This document shows, one piece after another, positions 29,940-39,321 of a stretch of 64,000 bases of DNA. Each line of letters begins with the position of its first letter. The first letter of the stretch is position 1. The notes under the pieces were generated by a model that ran no database searches, was not told the DNA's origin, and worked only from the letters and a program-made list of their open reading frames with translations. Location: positions 10,414 to 74,413 of the forward strand of contig JAAYHE010000025.1 of the NCBI GenBank assembly GCA_012735505.1, read 5' to 3'. The position numbers and the translations under genes are program-made. The DNA comes from Bacillota bacterium (GTDB lineage: Bacteria > Bacillota > UBA994 > UBA5500).

Positions 29940-31735
29940 TATTCGTCGACCTTAAGAACCGCCATGAAGGCTTCTTGCGGTATTTCCACATTACCCACCT
30001 GCTTCATGCGCTTCTTTCCTTCTTTTTGTTTCTCTAACAGCTTCCGTTTGCGGGAAATGTCGCCTCCGTAACACTTGGCTAGTACATCTTTGCGCAAAGC
30101 CTTTACGGTCTCGCGCGCAATGACCTTATTGCCGATGGCCGCCTGCACCGGCACGTCGAACATCTGTCGCGGAATGATACGCCTGAGTTTCTGCACCAGG
30201 GCCTTACCCTTACTATAGGCGCGATCCTTATGCACTATAGTAGAAAGGGCATCGAGCACCTCACCATTGATCAAAATATCTAGGCGCTCTAAGTCGCTGG
30301 GCCGATAGCCAATTATCTCATAATCGAGAGAAGCGTAGCCTTTACTACGCGACTTTAACTGATCATAAAAATCGTAGAGGATTTCCGAGAGAGGCAACTC
30401 ATAAATGAGAACAACCCGATTAGAATCGAGGTAGTCCATGTTGACGAAATTACCCCTCTTATCTTTGCACAACTCCATCATGTTGCCGATAAATTCCGAC
30501 GGCACAATGATCGATGCCTTGACATACGGTTCAGCCAGTTCTGCTATGCTGCCAGCAGGTGGTAGATCAGACGGATTATCCACCTTGCGCACGCTGCCAT
30601 CGTTCAGGGTAACTTGGTAAACGGTATTCGGTGCAGTTGTAATCAAATCCAGACCATATTCCCGCTCGAGGCGCTCCTGCACCACTTCCATATGCAGTAG
30701 TCCTAAGAACCCACAACGGAAGCCAAAACCGAGGGCATCAGATGTTTCTGGCTCAAAGACGAGGCTAGCATCGTTAAGCTGCAACTTTTCAAGGGCGGTC
30801 CGTAAGTCTTCGTATTGTACTGTGTCTATCGGATAAAGACCGCAATAGACCATGGGCATGATTTGTTTGTAGCCTGGTAGTGGCTCCTTTGCCCCGCCTT
30901 TGGCGAGGGTAATAGTATCGCCTACCCGCGTGTCTTTCACGTTCTTTATGCTAGCCGCCATATAGCCTACTTGCCCCGCCGTCAGCTCCGGCAAGGGGGT
31001 CTGAGAAGGTGTAAAGATCCCAACATCATCTACTTCAAACTCGGCTCCTGTTGCCATCATGCGAATTTTTATGCCGGGAGCCAAAGTCCCATCTACCACC
31101 CGTAAATAGGTAATTACACCTCGGTAATCATCGTAAATCGAGTCGAATATTAAGGCGCGTAGTGGTGCCTCGGGATTGCCGCTGGGAGGCGGCACCTCCG
31201 TTACAATACGTTCGAGAATCTCAACAATACCAATGCCTTCTTTGGCCGAACAAAGAATAGCATTTTCAGCGTCAATGCCGATCACATCTTCGATTTCGCG
31301 TTTCACCCGTTCCGGGTCGGCTGCTGGCAAATCGATTTTATTAATGACAGGAATAATTGCTAAATTATGCTCTAGCGCTAAGTAAACGTTTGCAAGCGTC
31401 TGCGCCTCGATACCCTGCGCCGCGTCTACGACTAGGAGAGCACCTTCGCAAGCCGCTAAGCTACGGGAAACCTCATAAGAAAAGTCAACGTGGCCGGGGG
31501 TATCAATTAGGTTCAAAACATACTCCTGCCCGTCTGCGGCCTGATAAAGGAGTCGCACCGTCTGCAACTTAATTGTAATACCCCGTTCCCTCTCTAAATC
31601 CATATTATCAAGAACTTGATCAACCATCTCTCGCTGAGACAGCGTACCGGTAGTTTGAATTAGCTGATCAGCTAAGGTTGATTTTCCATGGTCAATATGA
31701 GCAATGATACAGAAATTACGTATGTTTTGCTGCAT
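29939..31735 (-). CDS. lepA: Translation elongation factor 4 (LepA)
   Basis: Contains [24 protein letters not shown] and NKID. The ORF-track start at 31828 adds 31 non-homologous residues. ATG 31735 has the RBS AAGGAGAA. Confidence 0.95.
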   Translation of the reverse strand: MQQNIRNFCIIAHIDHGKSTLADQLIQTTGTLSQREMVDQVLDNMDLERERGITIKLQTVRLLYQAADGQEYVLNLIDTPGHVDFSYEVSRSLAACEGALLVVDAAQGIEAQTLANVYLALEHNLAIIPVINKIDLPAADPERVKREIEDVIGIDAENAILCSAKEGIGIVEILERIVTEVPPPSGNPEAPLRALIFDSIYDDYRGVITYLRVVDGTLAPGIKIRMMATGAEFEVDDVGIFTPSQTPLPELTAGQVGYMAASIKNVKDTRVGDTITLAKGGAKEPLPGYKQIMPMVYCGLYPIDTVQYEDLRTALEKLQLNDASLVFEPETSDALGFGFRCGFLGLLHMEVVQERLEREYGLDLITTAPNTVYQVTLNDGSVRKVDNPSDLPPAGSIAELAEPYVKASIIVPSEFIGNMMELCKDKRGNFVNMDYLDSNRVVLIYELPLSEILYDFYDQLKSRSKGYASLDYEIIGYRPSDLERLDILINGEVLDALSTIVHKDRAYSKGKALVQKLRRIIPRQMFDVPVQAAIGNKVIARETVKALRKDVLAKCYGGDISRKRKLLEKQKEGKKRMKQVGNVEIPQEAFMAVLKVDE

Positions 31736-31831
31736 CCTTCGATTCTCCTTTAAGATGCTGCCAACGACCAAAAGTCTGGCCCCAAAATGGCTGATAGAAA
31801 CACATGCGCCGAAACGGCGCACTGTCAAAGT

Positions 31832-31860
31832 ATTATATCACACCCAGCATTTTCTCTCAA
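31832..31860 (-). promoter_or_regulatory. Sigma-A type promoter upstream of lepA
   Basis: Minus strand reads TTGAGA (31860-31855), 17 nt, then TGaTATAAT (extended -10; hexamer at 31837-31832). A GC hairpin GCGCCG-AAA-CGGCGC (31806-31820) follows in the leader. Confidence 0.55.
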
Positions 31861-31895
31861 GAAAAGGTAAAGGCCGCCTCACCGGCGAGACGGCC
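31858..31895 (-). terminator. Intrinsic terminator of spoIIP
   Basis: Hairpin GGCCGTCTC-N6-GAGGCGGCC (31872-31895, one G-U pair) followed by TTTACCTTTTCTTG on the minus strand. Confidence 0.65.
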
Positions 31896-33017
31896 TTATG
31901 TTCCAAACTGCTGCTCCCGAATCACTTCAGCCAGGGCCCGAGCCAACATCTTGGTGGTGCGGAGGGCTTCCTCCATGGTATTCTTATCGCCACCGATTTC
32001 TATTAGGAGAGCATAGTCGCGCACATGTTGGTTAAAACGAGTGGTACTCCGCTGCAATATGCCCCGCGAGAGGCCGGGGTACAGTTCCTCCACCTTGTTA
32101 TGCAAGGCTTGCGCAAAAGCCAAGTTCTCTCGCCACCGGGGATGCCCTAAAGATTCGTTGGTGCCAACTAGAAAAAAAAGACGCCCTACCGTTTGCCCAT
32201 CGATCACGGTGGTTGTGGCCGAACGTGGCACTGCATCTCGATGTACATCAAACACATACTCAATACTAGGTTTTTCCTTCAGGGCGGCAGTTACCGTTTT
32301 CAAAGACTCGGCATAAGCCGCCGTGTAGTTATCTTTTACATGGCCTGCGCGTGAGGGGGTAACATCCATACCTAGTTCGCGCAATTCTTCGGCCAATTTA
32401 GCCCCTACCCTGACTATAGTTTGTTCAGGGTCATCATACACGTGGGGCTTGCCCGAGGTAGGTGTAAACGCTTCTACGTCATGGGTGTGATAGATCAACA
32501 CATGGGGCGTATATTTCCAACCAAATGCTGCCGCTTCCTCCGACGTACCTTCGGGGAGCACCAGGGAAGGGACTACCGGCTCGTTGGCTGGCAGCAATTC
32601 TATTTCGTGACCAGCTCCCGTTAGCCCCCGCAAAACGGGAACCCCCCAAGCCAAAAAGGCACGCGGTGTAGTAAGCCCCTGTTCGGCCAACCAAAGCGCA
32701 ACTCCCTGCCCTAAGCTGCCTGAAGCGGTTGTTCCCTGCCATAAGGGTTTAGGGAAAGCACTGCGTAACAAACCTTGCCACAAGACCGAGCCGCCGCGCT
32801 GCCACAGGCCTGCTAGCAGGCTTGTTCGTGGTACGGGGCCTAGGCTCCCCTGCGTCACACCTTCTACCTCGCGTCCCCATCCCCAAATAGGCAGTAACGA
32901 ACCTACCAGTAACACGGTGGCCATAAGTGCTAACAAAACCCTATTTGATGGAGCTAACGGCAAACCGCGATTATTGCGCTCTAATCGTATAACTATCACC
33001 TGCCTTTGCCAAATCAT
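31896..33017 (-). CDS. spoIIP: Stage II sporulation protein P (SpoIIP)
   Basis: N-terminal TM helix and an amidase-like core with LIYHTHDVEAF (compare IYHTH.SE). Position is between lepA and gpr as in Bacillus. Confidence 0.85.
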   Translation of the reverse strand: MIWQRQVIVIRLERNNRGLPLAPSNRVLLALMATVLLVGSLLPIWGWGREVEGVTQGSLGPVPRTSLLAGLWQRGGSVLWQGLLRSAFPKPLWQGTTASGSLGQGVALWLAEQGLTTPRAFLAWGVPVLRGLTGAGHEIELLPANEPVVPSLVLPEGTSEEAAAFGWKYTPHVLIYHTHDVEAFTPTSGKPHVYDDPEQTIVRVGAKLAEELRELGMDVTPSRAGHVKDNYTAAYAESLKTVTAALKEKPSIEYVFDVHRDAVPRSATTTVIDGQTVGRLFFLVGTNESLGHPRWRENLAFAQALHNKVEELYPGLSRGILQRSTTRFNQHVRDYALLIEIGGDKNTMEEALRTTKMLARALAEVIREQQFGT

Positions 33018-33096
33018 ATGAGCAAGGACAGGCCATTATGCCGTAGTAACAATCGCAAAACAAAGAACGAAGGGACTCGCCCCTTCGTTCTGTAAG

Positions 33097-34095
33097 CTAT
33101 TGTAAATACTTTAGTGTATCACTCGACTCTAAACCTGGTTGCAGGGCAACATTCAAGCCACCTGCTATCACTTTGCTCAGTTGTCGGATCTGTTCGTCAG
33201 TTTCCTTGGGTGTAACTACTAGGTTGCCCCAAAAGGGGCTAAGGACCTCGTGCACCAGTTGACCTTGTTCCTCAGGCGCAAGCTCTCGTAGCATGCTGCC
33301 TATCCCAGAATGTCCACCTGCCGCTTGGCGCAAGGCTTCCGTCAACTTTTGGATAGCATCGACTACAATAGTATTGGCATAAACAACCGACGGCGCCCCA
33401 ATGGCGATTACGGGCACTCCCAAGGTCTCTTCTGTTAAAGCTTGGCGCTTGTTACCCACACCTGACCCGGGACTAATACCGGTATTAGAAAGTTGTATCG
33501 TTGTGCCTAGGCGGTCCATGCTACGGGCTGCCAGGGCGTCCACGGCAATAACAACTCCAGGGCACACTTTGTGTACTACACCTTGGATGATATCGCCGGT
33601 TTCGATGCCAGTTATTCCTAATACCCCGGGAGCAAGGGCACAAACGGAACGCATCCCTCCATCCACAAACTGGGGAGCGTGTTCAAACAGGTGTCGGGTG
33701 ACCAACAATTCGTCAATAACGCGAGGACCTAAAGAATCTGGCGTCACATGCCAATTGCCGAGGCCAACTACTAAAGTTGGTCCCGAGGCAGTCTGGGGAA
33801 GCAAATAACCTAGCTCTTGTGCGAGCACTTGTGCAACCCTTTCACGCAGTTCAACATCGTGCTCACGCAAGCCAGGTGCCTCGATAGTGATGTAAGTACC
33901 AGGCGGCTTGCCTATTTGCCTAGCTCCCTGCACATTTACATGTACGCGGGAAACATTGCCCCCATGGAAAGGCTCACTGACACGCTCTACCCCTTGCTTG
34001 TCCCAGCCAGCCCTAATGGCAGCATCATGCGCTTCTAGAGCTAAGTCAGTATGCACCGACACATACTGACGCAGCATTTCAACTGTAGGTTTCAC
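33097..34095 (-). CDS. gpr: Germination protease GPR
   Basis: 332 aa containing HTDLALEA and LVVGLGNW..TPD.LGP, characteristic of GPR endopeptidase. Confidence 0.88.
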   Translation of the reverse strand: MKPTVEMLRQYVSVHTDLALEAHDAAIRAGWDKQGVERVSEPFHGGNVSRVHVNVQGARQIGKPPGTYITIEAPGLREHDVELRERVAQVLAQELGYLLPQTASGPTLVVGLGNWHVTPDSLGPRVIDELLVTRHLFEHAPQFVDGGMRSVCALAPGVLGITGIETGDIIQGVVHKVCPGVVIAVDALAARSMDRLGTTIQLSNTGISPGSGVGNKRQALTEETLGVPVIAIGAPSVVYANTIVVDAIQKLTEALRQAAGGHSGIGSMLRELAPEEQGQLVHEVLSPFWGNLVVTPKETDEQIRQLSKVIAGGLNVALQPGLESSDTLKYLQ

Positions 34096-34421
34096 TAGCG
34101 TAATTCAGTGGGGACAATAGCATCAATTAGTCCAATGACAAACGAAGCCAGTAAAGCTCCCACTATGTCAACCTGGAATCCCCCGACTAGCATTCCAGCC
34201 ACATAGATGACAACAGCTGCAGTAATAAAGCCTACCCAGCCCCGGCTACGGGGAGAAATGCGGTCCCCCAACAGCATCTCGACAACCCAGCCTAGGAAGG
34301 CGATAACCAAAGCAGTGATTACGGCTGTGGTGAAATTGGCCACCCTTATTCCTGGTAGCAAAAATCCGACAAACATGAGCACTAGAGCAGATACCACAAA
34401 ACGAAGAATTGCTCCTAACAT
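34095..34421 (-). CDS. Small four-TM membrane protein, phage-holin-4_2/YvlD (DUF360)-like
   Basis: 108 aa and very hydrophobic. The N-terminus has the pattern ..V.SAL.L.....LPGI.V..F..A...AL, resembling the YvlD family. 1-nt overlap with the gpr start. Confidence 0.45.
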   Translation of the reverse strand: MLGAILRFVVSALVLMFVGFLLPGIRVANFTTAVITALVIAFLGWVVEMLLGDRISPRSRGWVGFITAAVVIYVAGMLVGGFQVDIVGALLASFVIGLIDAIVPTELR

Positions 34422-34526
34422 CTTGCCACCTCCTCGGTTCTTTGTTAAAATCTGATGGACGATTTTAGTCTATCCGCTCGGTTCCTGCTATATTCCCGAC
34501 ATAGTAAGAGCTTGGCCGTTGATTAA

Positions 34527-34556
34527 TTGCTAATGCAATACCTACCATGATAGAAT
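34527..34556 (+). promoter_or_regulatory. Sigma-A type promoter of rpsT
   Basis: TTGCTA (34527-34532), 18 nt, then TGaTAGAAT (hexamer at 34551-34556). Confidence 0.55.
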
Positions 34557-34575
34557 GGCCGAGGAGGTGAATCTT

Positions 34576-34845
34576 TTGGCTAACAGTAGATCTGCTATTA
34601 AGCGCATCAAAGTAGCGGCTAAACGTGCCCAGCGCAACCGTCATGTTAAATCGACAGTTCGTTCTGCTGTGCGCGCTTTCCATACGGCACTAGAAAACGG
34701 TGATAACGCAGAACAGCAGCTCCGCCTAGCAATTCGTCGCATAGATAGAGCTGTAAACAAGGGCGTCCTACACCGTAATACTGCTGCTCGTAAGAAGTCT
34801 CGCCTGACCAAGAAGCTGAACAAAATGCAAGCTATGACCGAATAA
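34576..34845 (+). CDS. rpsT: 30S ribosomal protein S20
   Basis: (M)ANSRSAIKRIKVAAKRAQRN.. is a typical S20 N-terminus. I prefer TTG 34576 behind GGAGGTG over the longer ATG 34555 ORF. Confidence 0.9.
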   Translation: MANSRSAIKRIKVAAKRAQRNRHVKSTVRSAVRAFHTALENGDNAEQQLRLAIRRIDRAVNKGVLHRNTAARKKSRLTKKLNKMQAMTE

Positions 34846-34865
34846 AATAGACAACACCAAAAAAA

Positions 34866-34893
34866 AACGGCCCTATGATGGTGGCCGTTTTTT
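34866..34893 (+). terminator. Intrinsic terminator of rpsT
   Basis: Hairpin AACGGCC-N10-GGCCGTT followed by TTTT. An A-run upstream makes it potentially bidirectional. Confidence 0.7.
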
Positions 34894-34977
34894 GCTGTCT
34901 TCATAACAATCAATTTTGCCCCTGGACGAGTATTGGAAATAACAGTCAGGGTAGACTAGCAGCTGGGAGGGTTGCCC

Positions 34978-35595
34978 ATGGCTGAGCAAAATAATTATAG
35001 CCAAGGTCCTGCCGGCAAGATAGCTGCTTTGCTGCTAGTACTCTTAGTCGCTGGGGTCTCTATTTTTTACCTGAGATTAATGCCAGAGCAATTACCAGTG
35101 GAAAGTCCCTCAGGTTTGCAGGAGGCAAAGATAGCCGAAGCTGACAAGGAAGAGACGGAGGGCGCAGCTGGGTCGACAGAAGCAAAGCCAGAAGCTGAAG
35201 CCGCTGCCAGCTCAGAGGCAAGCGCTGCAGCGGCAAAACGAAAGTTGGTAAAACTGCGCGCGCCCCAGGGAGAGCGAGTGGCAGATATCATCCGCACGGA
35301 TTCGGTCACCCCTCCTATCACTCCGGATACAGCAACACACGAACCGCCCCGAGCTATCGCTGCAGCTGATCGAGCCAACTTTCTGGCCATCGTAGCTAAG
35401 ATGGACCTGTCAGAAAAAGCCATAGTAGCTCGCACCATAGCCAAACTGTCGCCCAGTGAAATACTGGAGATTTACCGGCTTTATAAACAGGGCAGTAGCG
35501 AGGCTTACAGGAACCTAGATGAAATCCTGATGCAGAAAATGTCAGATGAGGATTTCGAAAGACTACGAGCCTTAGCGGCTAAATACGGCCCGTAG
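34978..35595 (+). CDS. Hypothetical membrane-anchored protein (acidic/Ala-rich linker, helical C-terminal domain)
   Basis: ORF with RBS GGGAGGG 6 nt before ATG 34978. It has one TM helix (IAALLLVLLVAGVSIFYL) and a low-complexity EA-rich stretch. I recognise no family. Confidence 0.55.
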   Translation: MAEQNNYSQGPAGKIAALLLVLLVAGVSIFYLRLMPEQLPVESPSGLQEAKIAEADKEETEGAAGSTEAKPEAEAAASSEASAAAAKRKLVKLRAPQGERVADIIRTDSVTPPITPDTATHEPPRAIAAADRANFLAIVAKMDLSEKAIVARTIAKLSPSEILEIYRLYKQGSSEAYRNLDEILMQKMSDEDFERLRALAAKYGP

Positions 35596-35634
35596 GAGGC
35601 GAGGATTGGCAGTTCGCCAGCAGGCCAGCCAGGT

Positions 35635-36663
35635 TCAACTAGGATTAGCCGTCAGGTCCAGCAACAACTGGTGAAGGGCACTGGGGCCTTTCAAATCGCC
35701 GGACTTAATATTTTCATCGGCCTGAAGGCAATTCAACAAGGCAGCATTTAATTTGGGTATTGTCCAGTGTTGAGCCTGTTGCACGCATTTGCCCGCTGGA
35801 AAGGGATGAATACCTAAACGAGCTGCCGCTTGCCGCTGGCTAAGGCCAGCATCAAGGGCATGGCGAGCGACTAAGAGCAAGCGCAGTTGCCGACCGATCA
35901 TAGATATCAAATAGACCGGGTCGTTCCCTTCATCTAGCATCCGCACCAACAATGGCCAGGCGCGGCTAAAATCTTGCAGGCCGATAGCATCAACTAGATC
36001 AAAAATATTGGTTTCCACGTCATCGCGGACTAGTAAGTCGAGGTCGGTCTGGCTGAGGGATTTCCCCGCAGCAAAGCTAACCATCTTTTCTACTTCTAAA
36101 CGCAGTAGTTCTAAATCTGTCCCGCAGCGGTCGACTACGAAGCGCCCGGTGCGGGCAGGAAAACTAATTTTAGCTCGGCGCAAACGACCTTCTACCCAGT
36201 TGGCAGCCTCGACAACGGTGAGTGCTGGGAATTCGTAGCTGGCAGCGCGCTCTGCCAATGTCTTGAAAGCACGCAAGCGCTTGTCAACATCTGGTGCTAA
36301 CAGTACAACGCAAGTAAAGGCCGGCCAATCTTTAAGTAGGGCTTCCCATTGCTCGTAGCTGGCTCCTTTACGTGGTTTAACAAAGGCTGGCTGTTCGATA
36401 ACCACCAGCCGCTTAGCTCCAAACATGGGCGGAGTGACGATAGCTCGCACTATCTCGGCTTCTGTCGCTTTTTGCCCATCTATTCTTGTATAGTTAATAT
36501 CTTCCATGCCTGGTGTGATTAGTTCTTCGCGCAATACGCTAGCAACATATCTGGCTAAGACTAGCTCTGGCCCATAGAAAAAATAAAGGGGCTCAATTTG
36601 GCCTTGTCTAATATCTCGCACCAGATTTTGATAGTTGGTTAAGGCCTTAGCCACCGACATCAT
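35635..36663 (-). CDS. holA: DNA polymerase III delta subunit HolA
   Basis: 342 aa with a YFFYGPE start typical of HolA. Position is between rpsT and comEC as in B. subtilis. Confidence 0.8.
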   Translation of the reverse strand: MMSVAKALTNYQNLVRDIRQGQIEPLYFFYGPELVLARYVASVLREELITPGMEDINYTRIDGQKATEAEIVRAIVTPPMFGAKRLVVIEQPAFVKPRKGASYEQWEALLKDWPAFTCVVLLAPDVDKRLRAFKTLAERAASYEFPALTVVEAANWVEGRLRRAKISFPARTGRFVVDRCGTDLELLRLEVEKMVSFAAGKSLSQTDLDLLVRDDVETNIFDLVDAIGLQDFSRAWPLLVRMLDEGNDPVYLISMIGRQLRLLLVARHALDAGLSQRQAAARLGIHPFPAGKCVQQAQHWTIPKLNAALLNCLQADENIKSGDLKGPSALHQLLLDLTANPS

Positions 36664-36706
36664 CCCCTCTCGCCTTTATAATAGCATATTTGAAAATGCC
36701 TCCACC

Positions 36707-38938
36707 TCAGGGGCGAAGAAAAGGTATTACCTTAGAACCACGATGGCTATTAATAACGGTGATAGCGCCCGAATGATCGGTTCGCCAAACAAAATCTCCA
36801 TAGTGTTGGAGGCGTTGTAGGGTGGCCTCTGCCGGGTGGCCGTAAAGATTGCGCCCAGTAGAGATGACGGCATGCCGGGGACGAAGCAGGCGCAAGAAGG
36901 ATTCTGAGCTACTATTAGCACTACCGTGGTGGGGCACCAGCAGGACATCAACTGCTGCTGGCAAGTAGGGCAACAATTCTTCTTCGCGCGAACCAATATC
37001 GCCTGGAACCAACAGCGTCAGATTGGGCCACTCGAGAACCAATACGAGGGAATCTTCATTTTCATCTTGCGGAGCCCCAGGCTTAGGGTTGATAGCTGTC
37101 ACTCGTAGGCCTTCGTACACTTCCATATCTCCGAGCTTCCATGGATATACCGTTACGCCATGCTCTTGCAATAACGGAGCTAGATTACTATAGGCCGGGG
37201 TGCTCAGGCTAGTGGTAGGGAGATATATAGCTGCTACTGGGAAAGCAGCTAGAACATCAGCCAGACCATTAATATGGTCCTCATGTAAATGAGAAAGATA
37301 AATTGCACGGATGCGCCATGTACCCCGGTAGCGTAAATATGGCACTATTACCTGCCGCCCTACCGCCGGGTAGCCACCGCCTACGTCGAAAAGGATAATT
37401 TCGCTTCCCGGCAAATGTAAGGCCGCAGCAGCACCCTGCCCCACGCTGAGAACAGTAAAATTATATACATTTCCTACCCACCGCGTCAGAGGCTGCCATG
37501 TCAGCAACAAGATAAAGGTCAAGGCCAAGGTTCCAGCCACGACCGGCCGCCAAGCGTCGCGCCCGGCGAAAAACAGAAGTAAGAGGCCGAGGTAGAGGGC
37601 AGTTAACACTAGAGGGGGTAAGCCCGGGTTAAAGCTAGCTAAAGGCCAGGTTGCCCACCACTGGACCAGCCGCAGCAGCCAGGCGTAGAAGAACTGTAAG
37701 AGGGGCAACAGTAGCTCGCCCAAACCCGGCAGGAGCAGATAGAGCAAGCCACCGATCAGGGCCGGAGGCAGAAGTGGGGCCAAAAAGATGTTAAAAACGA
37801 GCGTCAGAGGCGGAAACAAATAGAAATGATGCAACACCAGCGGCAAAGTGGCCAACTGGGCTGCTAGACTAGCGCTTATAGCCCAGTCGAGCCTAAAGGG
37901 TAATAACGGCAAGTATTCTCTTATGCGAGGGGCAAAGTAGAGCAGCCCGATGGTAGCAGCAAATGACAGCTGCCAACCTGCATCCCATAAATAATGGGGA
38001 TTATACAGCAACAGCAAGATAGCCGCAATCGCCACGGCACTCGGCCAATCGTGGGTGCGGCCGCTCGTTACCGCCAGCATCCCTGTAAGCGCCATGATAA
38101 TAGCCCGCCACACGGCCGGTTTAGGACCTAGAACATAGCCATAAACTAATAACACCAGAGCAGCTACAAAGTTTGCCTGTCGCTGTGACAAGCGGCAAAA
38201 GCGCAAGAGACCAAGTAAAGGTACGAGAACAAGCCCCACATGCAAACCGGAAATGGAAAGCACATGGGCTAGACCTGTGCTACGCCAAGCCTCAGACCAC
38301 AGGCCCGGCCGCGTACCTAGGGTAAGAGTACCTAATAGCTCACCTGGCTCCCCTGGCACCCGTGCTGCCCGAGCTAAAAGCCAGTTTCTGAGAGGCCAAG
38401 GCCGACGCAAGCTAGGCTCATGCTCGAGCCTGCTGGCTTCCCCTATATATGCCGAAGCCAAGATACCTTGTCGTCGCAAATATTGCGCATAGTTAAATTC
38501 ACCTGGGTTAAGCGGCTGGCTCAGTGCCTGCCAATTGACTTCACCCCTAAGCTTATCTCCTACCACTAAGTCGACGTCTAGCGGAAAAGTGATTTGCGCT
38601 TTGACAGGATTCCAACGGGGTAGCTGCTGCCCACCAAGGGCTTCCACCTGCACCGTTAGTTGAGTGGAATTGGCCGTATGGGCGATAGACAAAATGCGCA
38701 TATCGGACCAAGAAGCCGTATAAGCACCAGGCCAAACAGGGGTTCGGATCACAAACCAAACCAGGCCGCAGATGGCTGCGGCCAGAGTGAGCAAAGAATT
38801 TTGTGGCCGACGGCGTTGCCAAACAAGCATAACAAGGCAAGCACCGGCCAAGCAGGAGAAAGCCCACAGCCCTTGCTGGGCACCAAGGAAAATGCCAAAA
38901 GCGAAACCTGTGGCGATAAAGACTAACGGTCGATGCAT
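36707..38938 (-). CDS. comEC: DNA internalization competence protein ComEC/Rec2
   Basis: Multi-TM competence domain (SGLHVG..) plus a C-terminal metallo-beta-lactamase domain (SHLHEDHINGL ... VPHHGS). I prefer ATG 38938 (GAGGTG, 9 nt) over TTG 38983. Confidence 0.88.
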   Translation of the reverse strand: MHRPLVFIATGFAFGIFLGAQQGLWAFSCLAGACLVMLVWQRRRPQNSLLTLAAAICGLVWFVIRTPVWPGAYTASWSDMRILSIAHTANSTQLTVQVEALGGQQLPRWNPVKAQITFPLDVDLVVGDKLRGEVNWQALSQPLNPGEFNYAQYLRRQGILASAYIGEASRLEHEPSLRRPWPLRNWLLARAARVPGEPGELLGTLTLGTRPGLWSEAWRSTGLAHVLSISGLHVGLVLVPLLGLLRFCRLSQRQANFVAALVLLVYGYVLGPKPAVWRAIIMALTGMLAVTSGRTHDWPSAVAIAAILLLLYNPHYLWDAGWQLSFAATIGLLYFAPRIREYLPLLPFRLDWAISASLAAQLATLPLVLHHFYLFPPLTLVFNIFLAPLLPPALIGGLLYLLLPGLGELLLPLLQFFYAWLLRLVQWWATWPLASFNPGLPPLVLTALYLGLLLLFFAGRDAWRPVVAGTLALTFILLLTWQPLTRWVGNVYNFTVLSVGQGAAAALHLPGSEIILFDVGGGYPAVGRQVIVPYLRYRGTWRIRAIYLSHLHEDHINGLADVLAAFPVAAIYLPTTSLSTPAYSNLAPLLQEHGVTVYPWKLGDMEVYEGLRVTAINPKPGAPQDENEDSLVLVLEWPNLTLLVPGDIGSREEELLPYLPAAVDVLLVPHHGSANSSSESFLRLLRPRHAVISTGRNLYGHPAEATLQRLQHYGDFVWRTDHSGAITVINSHRGSKVIPFLRP

Positions 38939-39040
38939 AGAGATAGACACCTCATTCGGGAGCAAAAAATGCCGAGCGCACAAGCTCCTATTGCGGAATG
39001 CGGCGCGCTAGTCGTGGCCTATTTCGCCCCTTTGCTTTCC

Positions 39041-39230
39041 GCGGCGTGCGGTCATCCTCGCGCGTGCCCCTTTCGCCCATGAATGTACCCGGCCTGGGGC
39101 AACTCCCCGGTCGGTCTCTGTGGCCTCCCGTGCGGGCGTGATTCAAAATGCCCCGCCAAGGGCGCCTCATTTTTCATGACCCCCCACTGGCCTGGATCCT
39201 TGGCTACCAGTCCACGAGGATAACAATGCC
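39041..39230. repeat. Copy B of the GCGGTCATCCTCGCG intergenic element family (inverted relative to copies A, C and D)
   Basis: Exact 15-mer at 39048-39062, with a degenerate partner arm at 39213-39224 that still pairs via two G-T wobbles. The reverse complement shares GGCATTG, CTGGTAGCCAA and AGGCCGGGTACA...CGCGAGGATGACCGC with copy C. Confidence 0.7.
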
Positions 39231-39321
39231 GCTGAGGGGCATCACCGCTCGACTTTTGCAACAATTTAAAACTCCTGGGATCTATTTCCGCATCGACGGC
39301 CATTTTCCTGCCTATTGAGTG

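Noticed and set aside
31736-31828. N-terminal extensions of the longest ORFs (lepA 31736-31828, deoC 9984-10052, response regulator 45051-45122, ypeB 40687-40770, mutM 62635-62652, permease 51519-51632)
   Set aside because: The extensions lack homology to the family N-termini and overlap upstream genes or promoters. Internal starts with good AGGAGG-type RBSs match the expected protein N-termini; for example, Fpg must begin Met-Pro.
38988-39303. 60-aa and 83-aa minus-strand ORFs between ypeB and comEC
   Set aside because: They lie entirely within element copy B, have no RBS, and give a Pro/Arg/Gly-rich translation. The short peptides starting at the ATG inside the 15-mer (GAGGATGACC) differ completely between copies.
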